From: a virus
DNA: 64,000 nt
Direction: 5' to 3' (one strand)
Virus record (IMG/VR): IMGVR_UViG_3300014348_000112
Location: 16,820 to 80,819 of that record
In this document: in pieces, positions 26,405 to 36,939 of the stretch
How positions within the stretch are numbered: the first letter of the stretch is position 1
How the letters are laid out: every line of letters starts with the position of its first letter
Notes under the pieces: generated by a model
The model's input: only the letters and a program-made list of their open reading frames with translations
Databases searched by the model: none
Told to the model about the DNA's origin: nothing
Position numbers and translations under genes: made by a program

Positions 26405-27747
26405 TACGCCTCCTCATCCTCGATGGCATAAAGCGCTTCGCGTAGATGGTATTGGGTGCCCGGCCACAAGCCCTCGACGCTCTCCAGGTCTAACGCCAGC
26501 CAGCGCTCCGAGGCGTCCGGCATTCCCACGGTTTGCTCCTCGCCGCGGTTGTCGAAGACCAGCGTCACGTTGCGCCCGGCGTCGTTGCGGTAGTGCAGGT
26601 AGCGGTGCCGGCGCACGCCGTACAAGTCGGTGAAAATCGCTCCTGTGCTGGCCTCGCCCTCAGCCGTCACTGGGTTGATGTAGGCGGTCGTCGTCGCGCC
26701 TAGCGCCTCTAGGTTGTCCTTGATGGTTACAATCTGGCGGGTGCCGGGGCCAGGGTTGGCGTTGCCCCACGCGTAGTCACCGTGTTGCCAGGTCTCGAAG
26801 TTGGTCCAACCTGGCAGGGTCTCGACGGGCGCCGGAGCCTCATACAAATAGTCTAGCCGCAGCGAAACGACATCATCCTCTGTGGTGCTGCCCTGCGACG
26901 TGACGGTCAGCACGTACTCCTCGCCCGGCGTGAGCGTGCCAGGATATGTGTCGAGATCGACCAACCCCGACCACTCGCCGTTGTCAACCGACTGGTCGAA
27001 ATCCAGCCCTGGGCCGGCGGTGGTAGGCCGGCCAGTGCGCCGGTGCAGAATGCCCGTGCCGTTGATGCCGATGAAGGTCGAGACCCAGGGGTCGCCGCCG
27101 TCGTCGGCGGGGTGGTAGGGCGCCACCTGGAAGAAGCTGTAGGCCAGGTAGCGGCAGCGGTGGATCATCGTGCCGGCAAATTTGGTCTCCAAGTGTAGCG
27201 CGCCGGGGTTGGCTGGCCTGGCGCGCACTACCGGGAAGGTGGCCTGCGGTACGAGTAGCCTGTCTTCCAGTGCGACGGCGTAGGTGGACAGGGCTTGCCA
27301 CTGCGCCGCGCTCGGCGTTGTCCCGTCGGCGAAGCTGGCCAGCAGGGGACCAGCGATGGCCGCCTGGCTCTGGCACAGCTTGTTCACCCGCAGCGCGCCA
27401 GTGCCATCCTTGATCGAAACCTCGTAGAACTCGTTGACCGTCAGGCCCAGCGCAGTCAGGTTGAGGGTGCCGCTGTAGTTGCCGGCGCTGTTGAATGTCG
27501 CCCTCACGCTGTTGTTGACATACAGCCGCCAGGGGAACGTCCCGCCGCCCAGGGTAATGTCGTAGTCCAGGCTGTTGACTTTGTGGCGAAACGCGCCGTT
27601 GAACGGCTTGTCCACAAAGGCGCATCCAGGGATGGGCATCTGGTAGCCGAAGAAGGTGTCGCGCACGCCGTGAACGTAGCGTTGCAGTCCGTTGACGTGA
27701 AACGTTGCGCTGAGCACCTGGCCAGCGGTGAAAGTGGGTGCTGCCAT
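26404..27747 (-). CDS. Minor tail / baseplate protein
   Basis: Position in the tail module; MAAPTFTAGQVLSA start typical of tail proteins. Confidence 0.68.
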   Translation of the reverse strand: MAAPTFTAGQVLSATFHVNGLQRYVHGVRDTFFGYQMPIPGCAFVDKPFNGAFRHKVNSLDYDITLGGGTFPWRLYVNNSVRATFNSAGNYSGTLNLTALGLTVNEFYEVSIKDGTGALRVNKLCQSQAAIAGPLLASFADGTTPSAAQWQALSTYAVALEDRLLVPQATFPVVRARPANPGALHLETKFAGTMIHRCRYLAYSFFQVAPYHPADDGGDPWVSTFIGINGTGILHRRTGRPTTAGPGLDFDQSVDNGEWSGLVDLDTYPGTLTPGEEYVLTVTSQGSTTEDDVVSLRLDYLYEAPAPVETLPGWTNFETWQHGDYAWGNANPGPGTRQIVTIKDNLEALGATTTAYINPVTAEGEASTGAIFTDLYGVRRHRYLHYRNDAGRNVTLVFDNRGEEQTVGMPDASERWLALDLESVEGLWPGTQYHLREALYAIEDEEA

Positions 27748-27748
27748 A

Positions 27749-29347
27749 TTAGTACCAAAGCCTCCCGCGATCCGCGCCAGGCCCATCGCCCAACTCGGAC
27801 GTACCAATGATGAAGTAGTCGTCGTGCTCGCTCAGGTCGCCCAGCTCCATCAGACGCAGCGTTTGAATGTAGCCGCCGCCGCCCTCGTCGCCCCAGGTGA
27901 TGCCCACCACCAGCGCCTCGACCGGCGCCTGGCTGCCCTGGGTGCGGGTGTCCACGAAGCGCACCAGGTCGCCCAGCTCCAACTGCGGGATGCCCCACAC
28001 TTGGCGCAGCGTCCAGATCGGGCGCACCTGCCGGCAGCGCACGGCCAGCAGCTCGGCCAGCGCCGACCCCTGGGCCTTGGACTGCACGTAGATGTTGCCT
28101 TGCACCCGCTCGGACCAGGGTCCCTGGCCGGCCAGCGTGTTGGAGCGCAGCGTCCGCTGCCACGGGAACGGCAGCGGCGCAGGCGTGACGGTGACGGTGA
28201 TCTCCTCGCTGGGTCCGCCCACCAGCGGCTGGCCGCGCAGCCGCAAATAGGTCAGGCGCGCGGCCTGCGTCGCGTCGTTGTTGACGGCCTGCACCTCGAC
28301 GGCCTGGCCGTAGCTGTTGAGCAGGGTGATGGCCACGTTGTCGGTCACGTCGGCGCCGCCGGCGCTGGTGGCGTGGTAGTCGTTGTAGGGGTCTTCGGCG
28401 TCCGGCGCATATATCTCGATGGCGGCATAGTTGAAGCGCGCCTCCCAGGTGTCGGTCTCGCCTGGCATCAGCACGCGCAGCTCGTCCAGCGTGTACAGGT
28501 CGGTGTCCACCCCCTCGAAGCGCGGCGACCACTCGACCGTCACCTCGGTGGCTAACTGGCGCGCGTCGGTGTCCGGCTCGGACAGGGTGTAGCCGTCCTC
28601 CGCAAAGTCCCACACCACGGCCTGGCCGATGAAGTGCAGCGGATTCCAGTAGCGCAGGATGCCGCGCTGATCGAAGAGAGCCATGCCGCCATCGGCCTCG
28701 GCGGTCGTCCAAATCTCATCGACCGCGCCTTCCTTGTCCATCCAGACGAACGGGATGGGCAGCACGCCAACCTCCAGGCTCATCTCGCCGGCGGCGATGC
28801 CGGCCTCGTCGGCCACGGTCCCGATCCACTGGTGCGGCAGTTGGTCGCGCGAGACGGGCAGGCTAAGCCGGTTCTGCATATAAATCCAGCCCCAATCCCG
28901 CACCTGGAAAGAGACGACAAATTGCGCGGTCTCCTTCCAGCCGGACACCGCGCCGGTAAAGACACAGACGTACTCCGCCCCGTTGGCGGTGATGTAGCCG
29001 CGCCAGATGCGCACCGGCACGCCGATGGGGCCGGCTGGGCTGTTGGCCTGGCCGATGTGGGCATAGAGCGCGCTGGCCGGGTTTTGCCAGGAGAAGCGCC
29101 CCTCCCGGTTCCACAGGTCCAGCCGGCCGCTGCCCACCGAGCCGGCGGCAATCAGGCGCTCGCCGGGCGGGTTGATGGCCAGTTGCACCCGGTCAGCCTT
29201 GACCCACTGCGACTCGTTAGTCCAGCCGGTCGCGCCGCGCGCGTCGCCGATCTCGCCTGAGCGATCCCAGGAGAACTCGACGTACAGACAGGGGCGCTGG
29301 CCGTAGGCGGAACAGGCGGCGGTCAGTTGGGATGAAACGGTCTGCAT
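27749..29347 (-). CDS. Tail hub / baseplate (Tal-like) protein
   Basis: Second gene after the tape measure; VFTGAV...QVRDW and LELGDLV patterns. Confidence 0.68.
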   Translation of the reverse strand: MQTVSSQLTAACSAYGQRPCLYVEFSWDRSGEIGDARGATGWTNESQWVKADRVQLAINPPGERLIAAGSVGSGRLDLWNREGRFSWQNPASALYAHIGQANSPAGPIGVPVRIWRGYITANGAEYVCVFTGAVSGWKETAQFVVSFQVRDWGWIYMQNRLSLPVSRDQLPHQWIGTVADEAGIAAGEMSLEVGVLPIPFVWMDKEGAVDEIWTTAEADGGMALFDQRGILRYWNPLHFIGQAVVWDFAEDGYTLSEPDTDARQLATEVTVEWSPRFEGVDTDLYTLDELRVLMPGETDTWEARFNYAAIEIYAPDAEDPYNDYHATSAGGADVTDNVAITLLNSYGQAVEVQAVNNDATQAARLTYLRLRGQPLVGGPSEEITVTVTPAPLPFPWQRTLRSNTLAGQGPWSERVQGNIYVQSKAQGSALAELLAVRCRQVRPIWTLRQVWGIPQLELGDLVRFVDTRTQGSQAPVEALVVGITWGDEGGGGYIQTLRLMELGDLSEHDDYFIIGTSELGDGPGADRGRLWY

Positions 29348-29716
29348 CTATGCCTCGACGACGGTGAAGGAAACGTTGTAAAGCACGCGGCTTTGGTGCG
29401 GATCGTACCAGTGCGCCTCAGCCCAGCTCGCCAGATCTACAAACGCGGTGAGGGTCAGGCCGTTGGGGAAGACGATAGTGGTCGATGTGGCGATATAGCC
29501 GCCGTAAGCTGCCCAGACGGTAGCGCGCTCGGCTGCGGTCAGGCCCTTCCAGACCACGCGCACGCGCCACTTGTTGGCGACGTGCTGCACCCGATAGGTG
29601 GCGTCGGCGGTGCGGCCCGACACGCCAATCGGGAAATACTCCATCTGGATGCCGTCGTCCTGCGCCGGCAGCGGCATCGGCTGGCTGTTGAAGGTGAACG
29701 TGTAGCTGGCCGTCAT
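29348..29716 (-). CDS. Distal-tail-like protein
   Basis: 122 aa, immediately after the tape measure, ATGA coupling. Confidence 0.62.
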   Translation of the reverse strand: MTASYTFTFNSQPMPLPAQDDGIQMEYFPIGVSGRTADATYRVQHVANKWRVRVVWKGLTAAERATVWAAYGGYIATSTTIVFPNGLTLTAFVDLASWAEAHWYDPHQSRVLYNVSFTVVEA

Positions 29717-32700
29717 GGTAGTGAGCCGCCTCCGCTCTGGTTGAGGATGGCCGCCACTTCGGGCGCGACCAGCTCCGCGATACGCCGGCGGGCCTGGCCG
29801 GCGTTGGTCTCCATCGCCGTCAGAAAAGCCGCACCGACGGTGTTGCCCATCGACGTGCCGATGGTCTCGAAGACTGCCGCCTGGCCGGCGAAGTCCGTAG
29901 ACCAACTGGCGGCCACGCTGCCGGCGATGTTGGTAGTCAGCAGGTAGGTCTCTGCGCCTTCCTCAACTAACTCAATCGCCCGTGCGCCGGCCAGTTGCAG
30001 GTCGGTGGCAGCCTCCTCGACTTTCACCAACTCGCCGGCGTCGATTGGCGCGATGCCGGAAGGCGAGTCGGCGGGGTCAAAGACATCTTCTGGATTGACG
30101 CCTGGCTTGACCGGGATTACCAGGGACGGCGAGTCGTACTCGGTCAGCCAGTCCTTGACCAGCGTGTCGGGCGAGAAGTCCTCGATCATCTTTAGCATGG
30201 TGGGCAAGCTGATCTCGCCGACTTGCGAGACGACATTTTCGTTAGCGTTCTCTTCGGCCTTGAAGAGCGCCTCGAAGGTCAGCCTTGGCTCGCCCATGCC
30301 CAGCGCTTCCTCGACCTGCTTGCGCCGGTCCTCCTCGGAGCCGGACAGCAAGCCGCGCGCGTCCAGCTCAGAGAGGGCCACGTCCAGGGTGTACTCCCTG
30401 GCGGCCTCCCGGTCGAGTTGGGCCTGGAAATTGGCGGCGAAGGCGTCCCAGTCGATCAAGTCGGCCCGCTCCAGGTTGCGCACAGAGGCGGAGGCGTTGG
30501 TCGCCCAGGATTTCAGCGCCGCTTCGCTGCCGGCCAGCACGTCGGGCGGTATCTCCAGGATAGCCGCCCAGTCCGGGTGGGCTTGCAACTCGGCAAAGCC
30601 GCGCGCCGCCACCGCGTCCAGCCGGCGAGCCGCCTCCAACGGCGCGTCCTCGTAGGTGCCGGCCAGCGTGTCGGCGAAGTCCTGCGCCGTGACGGTGGCC
30701 CCCTCCATCAGCGCGCTTTCAATCTTGCTGCGCAGCTCGCCCACGCTCAGGCCGATGTCCTCGAAGGCGCTCTTGGCCGACTGCGCCACCTGGGTGAAGG
30801 CCGGGTCGGCCTTGTTGACCATATCGGTCAGGAAGGCGGTGAAGTCGTCGGCGGCCACCTGCTGACCCAACTTCGAGTCGTCAGCAATGGTGGTCCAATA
30901 CTGCGCATTCTCTTTGATGGCGGTGTCGTAGAACTTCTTGGCTGTGTCGGCGTCGTACAGCCGGCCAATGCGTCGCGCCAAGCCCTCGATGGTGCTCTCG
31001 ATGCCCGACTGGATATTGAGCGCCACGTCGATGCTGATCGGGTCCAGGGCAGCCGAACGCAGCCGGGCGATGGCGGCGGCCAGCGAGTCGGCCGGCCCAA
31101 TCTGCGCCAGCATCTCCGGCGACATGACGCCCAGCGAAGCCACGAAGTCGCCGATCTCGGCGTCGGCCCCGTCAAAGGCCGTCACCAGGAAGCGCACGCG
31201 ATCCTCCAGGACAGGAATCGCAGCCGCGGAGGCCATTACCTGCACCTGGTTGGCGGCCAGCGTGTCAGCCGTCGCTTGTAGCTCCTGGTTGGCGCTGGCA
31301 AGCCGCGGGTTGAGCGCGGCCCAGGCGTCGCCCCACTCCCGCAGCCGGTTCACGTCCATCGTGGCCGTGATGTCGGGCATCTCCGGCAGGGCTTGCAGCG
31401 CACCCTCGCCCTGGAGGATGGCGGTCAGGAACTGCTGCTGCACCGCCGCCAGGCCCGTCGCCTGCTCGCGCGCATCGGCCAACGCAGCGGCAAAGCCCTG
31501 CGCCACGATCACGGCCTGGCTCTGCTCCCAGCGGGTCAGCATGGCTTGCAGCTCAGCGTTAGCCTCGGCGGTTGCAGGGGAGAGCGCCTCCATCTCGTTG
31601 CCCCAGGCCCGCATCTTCTCCACGTCCAGGTTGGCCGACATATCCGGCATCTCTGCCACGGACGCGCCCGACTCGGCGGCCCGGATAAACCCCTCCATCT
31701 CGGCAATGGCGCCGGCAAACTGGCCCTCCAGCGCGTTGACGCCGATGATCCCCTCGCGCGCTTTAGCCAGGGCAGCGGCAAAAGTGGTGGTGGCGTCGGC
31801 GGCCTTCTGGGTGTCGGCCGCGCCGGCCCGGAAGGCGTCAAATGCTCTCAGCTCTGGATTGGCAGCTTGGCGCTTCCACTCCTCCCCTGCCTCGGTCGCG
31901 CCTGCCAGCCCCTCGGCGATGGCTTTTATGCCGGCGACGTACTCATCAGTAGTGACCGCCGTCCTGCGCAATTCCGTGAAAGCGTCGCTTGCGGCCTTGG
32001 CTTGCACAACCAGCGCAAAGCCCGCCTTTATCTCACCGGCGGCCAGCAACTCGTCGACCAGGCCCTCGGCTGCCTTACGCGTTGCTTCAAGTTCATTAAT
32101 CGCCGCCATCTGGCGCGCGGAGTCACTGAAGGCGTTGCCGAAGGCGCCGATGCCGTCTAGGATGCCCTGGAAGAGCTTCCCTTCTGCTACCGCCTTGGCC
32201 AGCTCATCCTTGACGCTGGCGATGGCTGTTGGCAACTCTGCTAAGCGCTCTTCAACGGTGGCGCTCTCCAGCCCCAGCTCGCGCATCATCGGCACCGCAG
32301 CGGCAATGGCGGCGTCGGCGGCGATCATTTGCTTCTCGGTCTTGCTCAGGCTGCCCACCAGCCGGCCGTTGGCCTCGGCCCACGCCTCGTTGGCGGCGGT
32401 CAGGTTGACAAAGACGCCCTGCGCGTGTAATCCGGCCTCGTCCAGGGCCAACACCGATTGCGTGATGCCCTGGAAGGCCGCGGCCGTCTCGCGCCCGGTC
32501 AGTTGGGCAGACGCCCTGGCCGCGTCGTAAAGCTGCGGTAGCTTTTCCGCCACCTCCTCGGCGCCGCGCAGGATCAACTGGTTGGCCTGTTTCATCAGCT
32601 CGCCGGCGGTCACAGCGCCGCGCGATGCCTCCTCCAGGCCGGCCAACAACTCGCTTGAGTCGATGCCGCGCGCGCCGGACAGCGCCCGGAAGCTGCGCTC

Positions 32701-33240
32701 GACCAGCAGCAACTCCTCGCCCAACATACCCTGGCTTTTGATGAAGTTGAAGACCGCCCCTGTGACCGTAGCCACAGCGCCGGCCACTCCCAGCGCCGCC
32801 TTGCCGTACTTGAGCAGCGAGCTGTAGGCCTCTATGCCCTTAGCGGCCGCGCCGCCCAGGCTGCCTTTCAAGCCTTCGACTGCCTCCTGCGCGCCGGCCA
32901 GGAAGTCGGTCTCGACGGCGGACAGTTGTTCGCCGCCGGCCAACTTCTCTTGGAGCCGGTCAACTTCTTTTTGCAGCTCGGCCAGTTGAGCGTCGGCCTC
33001 GTCGGTGTCCACCTCGGCGCGCAAGCCGGCCAACGCCTCTTGAAGTTTTTCGACTTCGGCCAGTTGGCTCTCGATGACCTGCTTGATGGCCTCTTCGGCA
33101 GCCGACGTGTCCGCCGACGGGGACAGGCCGATCTCGTCCAGGGCGCGCTCGGCCTCGCTGGCGCGCTTCTCCAGCGCGTCGAACGTGTCGTCGAAGTCTC
33201 CGTCGATTACGATCCGACCGCCAATGTCAAAGGCGCTCAT
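29713..33240 (-). CDS. Tape measure protein
   Basis: 1175 aa, Ala-rich helical, directly after the chaperone frameshift pair. Confidence 0.9.
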   Translation of the reverse strand: MSAFDIGGRIVIDGDFDDTFDALEKRASEAERALDEIGLSPSADTSAAEEAIKQVIESQLAEVEKLQEALAGLRAEVDTDEADAQLAELQKEVDRLQEKLAGGEQLSAVETDFLAGAQEAVEGLKGSLGGAAAKGIEAYSSLLKYGKAALGVAGAVATVTGAVFNFIKSQGMLGEELLLVERSFRALSGARGIDSSELLAGLEEASRGAVTAGELMKQANQLILRGAEEVAEKLPQLYDAARASAQLTGRETAAAFQGITQSVLALDEAGLHAQGVFVNLTAANEAWAEANGRLVGSLSKTEKQMIAADAAIAAAVPMMRELGLESATVEERLAELPTAIASVKDELAKAVAEGKLFQGILDGIGAFGNAFSDSARQMAAINELEATRKAAEGLVDELLAAGEIKAGFALVVQAKAASDAFTELRRTAVTTDEYVAGIKAIAEGLAGATEAGEEWKRQAANPELRAFDAFRAGAADTQKAADATTTFAAALAKAREGIIGVNALEGQFAGAIAEMEGFIRAAESGASVAEMPDMSANLDVEKMRAWGNEMEALSPATAEANAELQAMLTRWEQSQAVIVAQGFAAALADAREQATGLAAVQQQFLTAILQGEGALQALPEMPDITATMDVNRLREWGDAWAALNPRLASANQELQATADTLAANQVQVMASAAAIPVLEDRVRFLVTAFDGADAEIGDFVASLGVMSPEMLAQIGPADSLAAAIARLRSAALDPISIDVALNIQSGIESTIEGLARRIGRLYDADTAKKFYDTAIKENAQYWTTIADDSKLGQQVAADDFTAFLTDMVNKADPAFTQVAQSAKSAFEDIGLSVGELRSKIESALMEGATVTAQDFADTLAGTYEDAPLEAARRLDAVAARGFAELQAHPDWAAILEIPPDVLAGSEAALKSWATNASASVRNLERADLIDWDAFAANFQAQLDREAAREYTLDVALSELDARGLLSGSEEDRRKQVEEALGMGEPRLTFEALFKAEENANENVVSQVGEISLPTMLKMIEDFSPDTLVKDWLTEYDSPSLVIPVKPGVNPEDVFDPADSPSGIAPIDAGELVKVEEAATDLQLAGARAIELVEEGAETYLLTTNIAGSVAASWSTDFAGQAAVFETIGTSMGNTVGAAFLTAMETNAGQARRRIAELVAPEVAAILNQSGGGSLP

Positions 33241-33500
33241 GGGTCAACCTTTTTCGATAGCTCTTCCATCGTGTGCCTGGGTATGCGCGGCTGCTTGCGC
33301 ATCGGGATCGCGCCCGGCTTCATGGGCTTGCCTGGCTGGTAGTCGATCTTGCCGCCCGGCCGTTTCTCGCTGGCCAGCGCTGTGGCTGCCACCTGCACCT
33401 GCGCCGCTGTCATGGTGGCAGCCGGGAAAGGCCACGGCCATTGCCCGTAGCGCTCCGCTAAGCGGGCCTTCGCCCGCGTAGCCGATCCCACGAGAAAGGG
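33237..33500 (-). CDS. -1 frameshift extension of the tail assembly chaperone (gpGT-like)
   Basis: Slippery heptamer C CCT TTC at 33500-33494; the -1 frame continues LVGSATRAK... to the tape-measure start. Confidence 0.8.
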   Translation of the reverse strand, partial: PFLVGSATRAKARLAERYGQWPWPFPAATMTAAQVQVAATALASEKRPGGKIDYQPGKPMKPGAIPMRKQPRIPRHTMEELSKKVDP

Positions 33501-34039
33501 GCCTGGCGCACCTGCCCCAGCACCGTCCAGATGGCCGGCCGCGCGCCGTCTTTCACGCGCAAAGGGAGCCGCTCCCACTGCTGGGCGAAGTCGGCCGCGC
33601 GCAGGTCTAACACCGGCTTGCCGTGCTCGTCCTGCAACAGGCGCTGCGTCAGGTAGCGGTCGCGCGCCAGCAAGGCCCGCTCGCCGGCCAACTCGTCGGC
33701 CAGGGTGCGCTTGTCCAGCGTGCGCTGAAGGGAGGCGATGCGGTCCAGCAGCGCGTCTTTCTCGGCGGAGCCGTCCTCGGCCTCCCGAAAACGCTTGTCG
33801 GCGTCCTTGATCATCGACTCGTACATCTCGCGCTCTTGCTGGGAGCACGGCTCGTCCTTCATCGCTTGGAGGGCAGGGTCGGCCAGCCAGCGCCGGCGCA
33901 TCAGCCGCTCCATCGCGATGGCGTCGTCGTATTCCTCGGTCGTTGGCGGTCGGACGAGGAAGGTGGCGCCGTCCACAGTGAACGGCGCGCCCTTCCCGTC
34001 CAGGATTTCCGCCAGGGTGGTGTCCTGGGGGTCATCCAT
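33458..34039 (-). CDS. Tail assembly chaperone (gpG-like)
   Basis: Between the tail tube and tape measure genes, with a slippery site near its 3' end. Confidence 0.8.
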   Translation of the reverse strand: MDDPQDTTLAEILDGKGAPFTVDGATFLVRPPTTEEYDDAIAMERLMRRRWLADPALQAMKDEPCSQQEREMYESMIKDADKRFREAEDGSAEKDALLDRIASLQRTLDKRTLADELAGERALLARDRYLTQRLLQDEHGKPVLDLRAADFAQQWERLPLRVKDGARPAIWTVLGQVRQAPFSWDRLRGRRPA

Positions 34040-34041
34040 GC

Positions 34042-34551
34042 TTACACCCCCGCGCCGGGAATGATGTAGTACGCCACCGCCGCGCCCGAAAGCTCGGCAA
34101 TGCGCACGTCGCCATCCGCGTCCAGCGGGATCGACAGGTTAAACGGCTTGAACTCGTTGATGTACTCGGTGAAGAGTATCGCCGCTGCCGTGGTGATCCC
34201 GTCGAAGTTGACGATCTTCAGGTCGGCCTTGACGGTCGGGTCGAGCTGAATGACCTCGGTGCCTACCCAGCCGCCGCCAGGGCGAACGTTGCCCAGGAAG
34301 CGGCCCAGCTCCTCGATGTCGTCCTCGACGTAGACGTTGAGGGTGATGTCGGTCGTGACCTGGCCGGCGACCCGGAGCTTGTTCTTGTCGCCGATCCGGT
34401 TGTACTCCTGCACGTCCGCGGCCTGCGCCGGGCTGGCCACGCGCCCCTGGTCGATCAGGGTCCAGGCGGCCTCGCCGGGGAACTTGTGATAGAGCAGGCT
34501 CAGGAACTGCTGGCGCACGTCCAGAGAGGCGTTGAAGTTGTCTCTTGTCAT
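34042..34551 (-). CDS. Major tail (tube) protein
   Basis: Synteny and size (169 aa); beta-rich. Confidence 0.72.
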   Translation of the reverse strand: MTRDNFNASLDVRQQFLSLLYHKFPGEAAWTLIDQGRVASPAQAADVQEYNRIGDKNKLRVAGQVTTDITLNVYVEDDIEELGRFLGNVRPGGGWVGTEVIQLDPTVKADLKIVNFDGITTAAAILFTEYINEFKPFNLSIPLDADGDVRIAELSGAAVAYYIIPGAGV

Positions 34552-34557
34552 CGGAGA

Positions 34558-34965
34558 TTACTCCTGATGTGGGAATGTGACCGTCAAGTACCAGGCGAAG
34601 CCGTGATCCTCCTGGGCGGTGCCGGTCTGGTTTTGATGCCGCTGGCCGTCGCTGAATGCGCAGTCCACGCGGCTGCCGTTGGCCTCGAAGGAGGCCACGG
34701 TTTGTTGCAGCGCCAGCACCGCATCCAGCATTCCCGTCAAGCCCGGCGCCTCGTTCTGTGCGAACACGTAGAGGCGCAGACCCAGCGTTTGCCGCGCGGC
34801 GCGCTGCCCGATTCGGTTGCCGGCCGGGGCCAGCGTCGCTATTTCCAAAGCTGCGATTGGCGGCTCCAGCGCCGGGCGCGCCCAGTTCGGAAACGCTCGA
34901 ACTACTTGAGTTGCCAGGGCGGTCGCAGTCGCTTGGACAAGGTAAGAGTAGATTTCGGTGATCAT
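34558..34965 (-). CDS. Tail terminator-like protein
   Basis: Synteny upstream of the tail tube gene; 135 aa. Confidence 0.6.
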   Translation of the reverse strand: MITEIYSYLVQATATALATQVVRAFPNWARPALEPPIAALEIATLAPAGNRIGQRAARQTLGLRLYVFAQNEAPGLTGMLDAVLALQQTVASFEANGSRVDCAFSDGQRHQNQTGTAQEDHGFAWYLTVTFPHQE

Positions 34966-35666
34966 TTCACCACCAGTCGGACGGTGGGCCGGCGCGCCTT
35001 GGCGGCGGATGGCCTCTTGGTCGGCGGACGGGAGCTGAGAATGCTGCGAACCTCAGTCATCGCGCGCGCCGAGACAGCAAAGTTGTTACCATGCGTCCCG
35101 CCAGTAACGCCATTAAGGATGGCGGCCGCCACCTTCTTTGCCGTCCTTAGATCGTACTTCTTTCCAAGAAGCACGTTGGTGCTGTTTCTGTAGCCGCCGC
35201 CGCTTGAGAATTTGTGCTCGATGCCCCACTCCGGAGAGCTTTCGTGCTTGATTATGGTTAAGTTCACTCGTTTTCCGTACTCTCCGCGCGCCGCTTCTAT
35301 CTCGGTAAAATGTCCGTAGCTCGCTTGCTTTCCAAATTCAACAGCGCCTGTGACCTCAAAGTTTGGTTCGCTGCCTTCTAGTGTGTCGTACCCGATTTCA
35401 GCGCTTTGCCCGCCGCCGGCCGCGCTCGTATCGTCAACCCACTGACCGCCGTCGGGGCTGCCTTTGGGTGCGCGCGGTTGGCTGGGGTTGTAGCCTTTCT
35501 CAACCACCAGCCGCACCACCGGCCGGCGCGCCTTCTTAGCCGCCTGCCTGGGCAGATGCTTGTCGGCCACGTAGCCGGGGACCTCCTGCTCTTTGTTGAG
35601 CTGGACGGCAATCAGCCAGTCGGCGTCTTCGTCGGTCTCGATCCATACTCTTGGCTCGTCGCTCAT
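34962..35666 (-). CDS. Tag-bearing protein: DADWL partner peptide, PSQPR tag, unknown domain
   Basis: ETDEDADWLIAVQL at the N-terminus; VEKGYNPSQPRAPKGSPDGGQW; the KARRPxVRLVV motif occurs twice. Confidence 0.75.
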   Translation of the reverse strand: MSDEPRVWIETDEDADWLIAVQLNKEQEVPGYVADKHLPRQAAKKARRPVVRLVVEKGYNPSQPRAPKGSPDGGQWVDDTSAAGGGQSAEIGYDTLEGSEPNFEVTGAVEFGKQASYGHFTEIEAARGEYGKRVNLTIIKHESSPEWGIEHKFSSGGGYRNSTNVLLGKKYDLRTAKKVAAAILNGVTGGTHGNNFAVSARAMTEVRSILSSRPPTKRPSAAKARRPTVRLVVK

Positions 35667-36895
35667 TTGCGCACCCTCGTGATTTCTAGCTCGCGACCAA
35701 CCAGGCCGTCGCCCAGCAGGATGACCTCCTCCTCGTTCAGGCAGCCGTAGCCGGTCGAGGCGTGGGCGAAGGCATACTTGACCGGCACCTTGACGGCGTA
35801 GACCAGGCCGACTTGCTTGTAGGCAGGTATAGCAAAGCCTCTGGCAGTTTCATAAGACAGGCTCCAGGAACTCAGCGGCCTGGGGCTGATCTTGATTTTT
35901 TGGCCAGCTTTTGCGTCGCCCCATTCGTAATCCTCTTTCTTAACGCCGCGGTACAGTACGATCTCGTCATCGGGACCTAAGCCCTTTTCTTTGAAAAACT
36001 CCTGAGTGCGGCGGTAGACAGAGTTGTAGGCGGCGCGGATGTTTCGCGCGCCTTCCTTTGCGTTTTCCGGGTACATCCGCCTGGTGTCTCTTACGGCGCT
36101 CATGCCCGTAGTGACCTGGATGTGCGCAGCGTCCTTTGACGAGAACCGTTCGAGCGCTTCTACCTGCATCACGTCTTGCCAACTGCCGTGGTCGTTGCTG
36201 GTGTTAGCCCAAGCTCGTTGAATTTCGTGTGCTAAGTCGGCGTCTAGCCCATCACGAGTCAGTGCTGTTTCGCCGGCAGTTTTCACGTCTTCTCTTTGTT
36301 GCTTGTGTGCCGCATTGTCTGGACTGTATCCATGCGGAAACGTCAACAAAGCGCGCTCGCGCTCAGAGTAGTAATCGTTGATGATTTGCGGCGAAAGCGG
36401 CGTTCGTCTCGCCTCTAGCCTGTCCACCCAGCCCATGCTTGGCATCGCCTCTTTGAGCTGGTCAGAAATCTCCTGCTCGCGCACCGCATCCAGAAACTCC
36501 TGGTTCTCAAAAGGAGCCGCTGGGTCAAATTCCTCAAGCGTGATGATGCCCGTTTCTCCCTGCACAGCCTGGATAACAATGCGTCCGACGCGCTCGCCAT
36601 CTTTGGTGTAATCAGCCAAAACGGTGAAGGTAACAGCGTCGCTCCACTCGCCGCTCCAGCCTCTGGTCCAACTGATCATCACCTCGGCGTCGTACCCTTG
36701 CACAGCGAGGGCTTGTTTGAGGCGCTCTACGTTGCCGCCGGCCGCGCCAAAGGTGTCCAGGCGGTCGATGTCCTCTTGGTGCGTCCCGCTGCGAAACTGG
36801 ACGTTGCTGGCAGAACCGCCGGCCGTGCTCGTATCATCCACCCACTGCCCGCCGTCCGGACTGCCCTTGGGTGCGCGCGGTTGGCTGGGGTTGTA
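35413..36895 (-). repeat. ~80-bp near-identical tag-encoding repeat (35413-35492 / 36816-36895)
   Basis: Both copies encode YNPSQPRAPKGSPDGGQWVDDTSxAGG. Confidence 0.9.
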
Positions 36896-36937
36896 CTTCT
36901 TCTCAGTTACCGAGATGCGGGAGACGATGATCTTCAC
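35663..36937 (-). CDS. Tag-bearing ADP-ribosyltransferase-like (R-S-E) protein
   Basis: TEKKYNPSQPR tag; LYRG...PRPLSSWS...YGCLNEEEVIL. GTG start at 36937 with a GGAG RBS is preferred over the track start at 37024. Confidence 0.75.
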   Translation of the reverse strand: MKIIVSRISVTEKKYNPSQPRAPKGSPDGGQWVDDTSTAGGSASNVQFRSGTHQEDIDRLDTFGAAGGNVERLKQALAVQGYDAEVMISWTRGWSGEWSDAVTFTVLADYTKDGERVGRIVIQAVQGETGIITLEEFDPAAPFENQEFLDAVREQEISDQLKEAMPSMGWVDRLEARRTPLSPQIINDYYSERERALLTFPHGYSPDNAAHKQQREDVKTAGETALTRDGLDADLAHEIQRAWANTSNDHGSWQDVMQVEALERFSSKDAAHIQVTTGMSAVRDTRRMYPENAKEGARNIRAAYNSVYRRTQEFFKEKGLGPDDEIVLYRGVKKEDYEWGDAKAGQKIKISPRPLSSWSLSYETARGFAIPAYKQVGLVYAVKVPVKYAFAHASTGYGCLNEEEVILLGDGLVGRELEITRVRK

Positions 36938-36939
36938 GG

